A DNA stretch of 35,730 nucleotides. Origin: a virus. Taxonomy: Duplodnaviria > Caudoviricetes. Position numbers and translations under genes: made by a program. The stretch is from the IMG/VR virus record IMGVR_UViG_3300027253_000006, positions 1 to 35,730 of that record; one strand, given 5' to 3'. Under the pieces are notes generated by a model that was not told the DNA's origin, ran no database searches, and saw nothing but the letters and a program-made list of their open reading frames with translations. Positions 34,936 to 35,730 of this stretch are shown in pieces; the stretch's first letter is position 1; each line of letters starts with the position of its first letter.

Positions 34936-35329
34936 CTATGATTTCTCCTTCATCAATAGCATCTTCTTGACTTGACACCACTGTAGTCTCTCCTCCAACT
35001 CCAGTAATGTTTATTTGTATCGCTGACTTACCCGCGCCCTTAATGACATCATTCTCAAATACAGCTGTGGGTAATATCCTATCCATAACTAACTTCCATG
35101 CCGCCGCTTGATTCTTATGGTCATCGTTAAGTGCCGCATCAAATATCGAGTCTAGGACTTTACGAGACTTAGGGGATGACAACATCCTGCCCTTGTACTC
35201 GTTGATGATAGCCGCATCACCCTTCGGGCGACCCCTTGACAAACCAGTAGTGCCTTTTTTTCTTGACACCATGTCTGATTTCTTAGGTCTGCCCCTTCTC
35301 CTTTTCGGAGTAGCTGTATTATCGTCCAT
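34928..35329 (-). CDS. terS: Probable terminase small subunit with AT-hook-like motifs
   Basis: First gene of the late arm; RRGRPKK and RGRPKG; AWKLVMDRILP; IQINITG. Confidence 0.65.
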   Translation of the reverse strand: MDDNTATPKRRRGRPKKSDMVSRKKGTTGLSRGRPKGDAAIINEYKGRMLSSPKSRKVLDSIFDAALNDDHKNQAAAWKLVMDRILPTAVFENDVIKGAGKSAIQINITGVGGETTVVSSQEDAIDEGEIIDG

Positions 35330-35338
35330 TGTATTCTC

Positions 35339-35437
35339 CTTAAGTTATCTTAAGTATACTTAGGGAAGCGTTTAGTATTTAACTTTAAAGAATAATCATT
35401 AAAGAATAATATCTAAGACTACTTAAGTACGCTTAAG
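35339..35437. repeat. 10-bp-phased CTTAAG-type array
   Basis: CTTAAG at 35339, 35349, 35422, 35432; variants at 35359 and 35412; TAAAGAATAAT twice. Confidence 0.7.
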
Positions 35438-35465
35438 GCTTTAAATTAATCTATACTATAAGTAT

Positions 35466-35494
35466 ATTATAGCATATTTACAGCTTAATGTCAA
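35466..35494 (-). promoter_or_regulatory. Consensus sigma70 promoter for the packaging operon
   Basis: TTGACA, 17 bp spacer, TGc-TATAAT. Confidence 0.9.
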
Positions 35495-35584
35495 GTACTT
35501 TATTAGCTTATTTAGACCCGCGAGCCAACTTTTTAGTTCCATAACTAATAGTAATTAAATTGTCCCTTTATATGAATATTTGTC

Positions 35585-35613
35585 ATACTTAAGTATACAT
35601 AAGAATACATAAG
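35585..35613. repeat. Three 10-bp-spaced ATAC(T/A)TAAG units
   Basis: atacttaagt atacataaga atacataag. Confidence 0.75.
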
Positions 35614-35684
35614 GAAAACAAATACTTAGAGGATAAACTTCGGTTAATTCTTTTTATTGAATATTGGCTTTTTTAGTATACCTG

Positions 35685-35730
35685 CGGGTACACCTATGAT
35701 TAACTCAGGTCAGCCCGCCCCCCCCGTCCC
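35685..35730. repeat. Terminal direct repeat, right copy
   Basis: Matches 5-49 except for one extra C in the homopolymer. Confidence 0.9.

Overview
The window is an apparently complete ~35.7 kb lytic podovirus genome: its two ends share a ~45-bp direct repeat. The layout resembles marine SIO1/cobavirus-like (Zobellviridae-type) phages. The + arm (about 0.3-10.9 kb) carries small early genes, then SSB, a T7-like primase-helicase, a family-A DNA polymerase, three nucleases, a DUF3310 protein and a class II (B12-dependent) ribonucleotide reductase. The - arm (35.3-10.9 kb) carries terS, an M15 peptidase, terL, portal, four very basic Met-Pro-starting proteins, scaffold, major capsid, fibres, a holin-flanked module of exported proteins, tail proteins and four putative ejection proteins. 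The arms converge on a bidirectional terminator. I saw no RNA polymerase, integrase, tRNA, CRISPR array or methyltransferase; the promoters look like host sigma70 promoters. The most notable observations are: (1) a three-gene exported/membrane module between two holin-like genes; (2) the basic-protein cluster, including a split DUF5872-like gene; (3) a fully overprinted gene inside the portal 3' end; (4) a cassette-like tail fibre with DNA-identical anchors; (5) 10-bp-phased CTTAAG arrays; (6) SD-sequestering hairpins; and (7) strong avoidance of GATC and GCWGC. All family assignments come from motif recognition by eye, with no database search.
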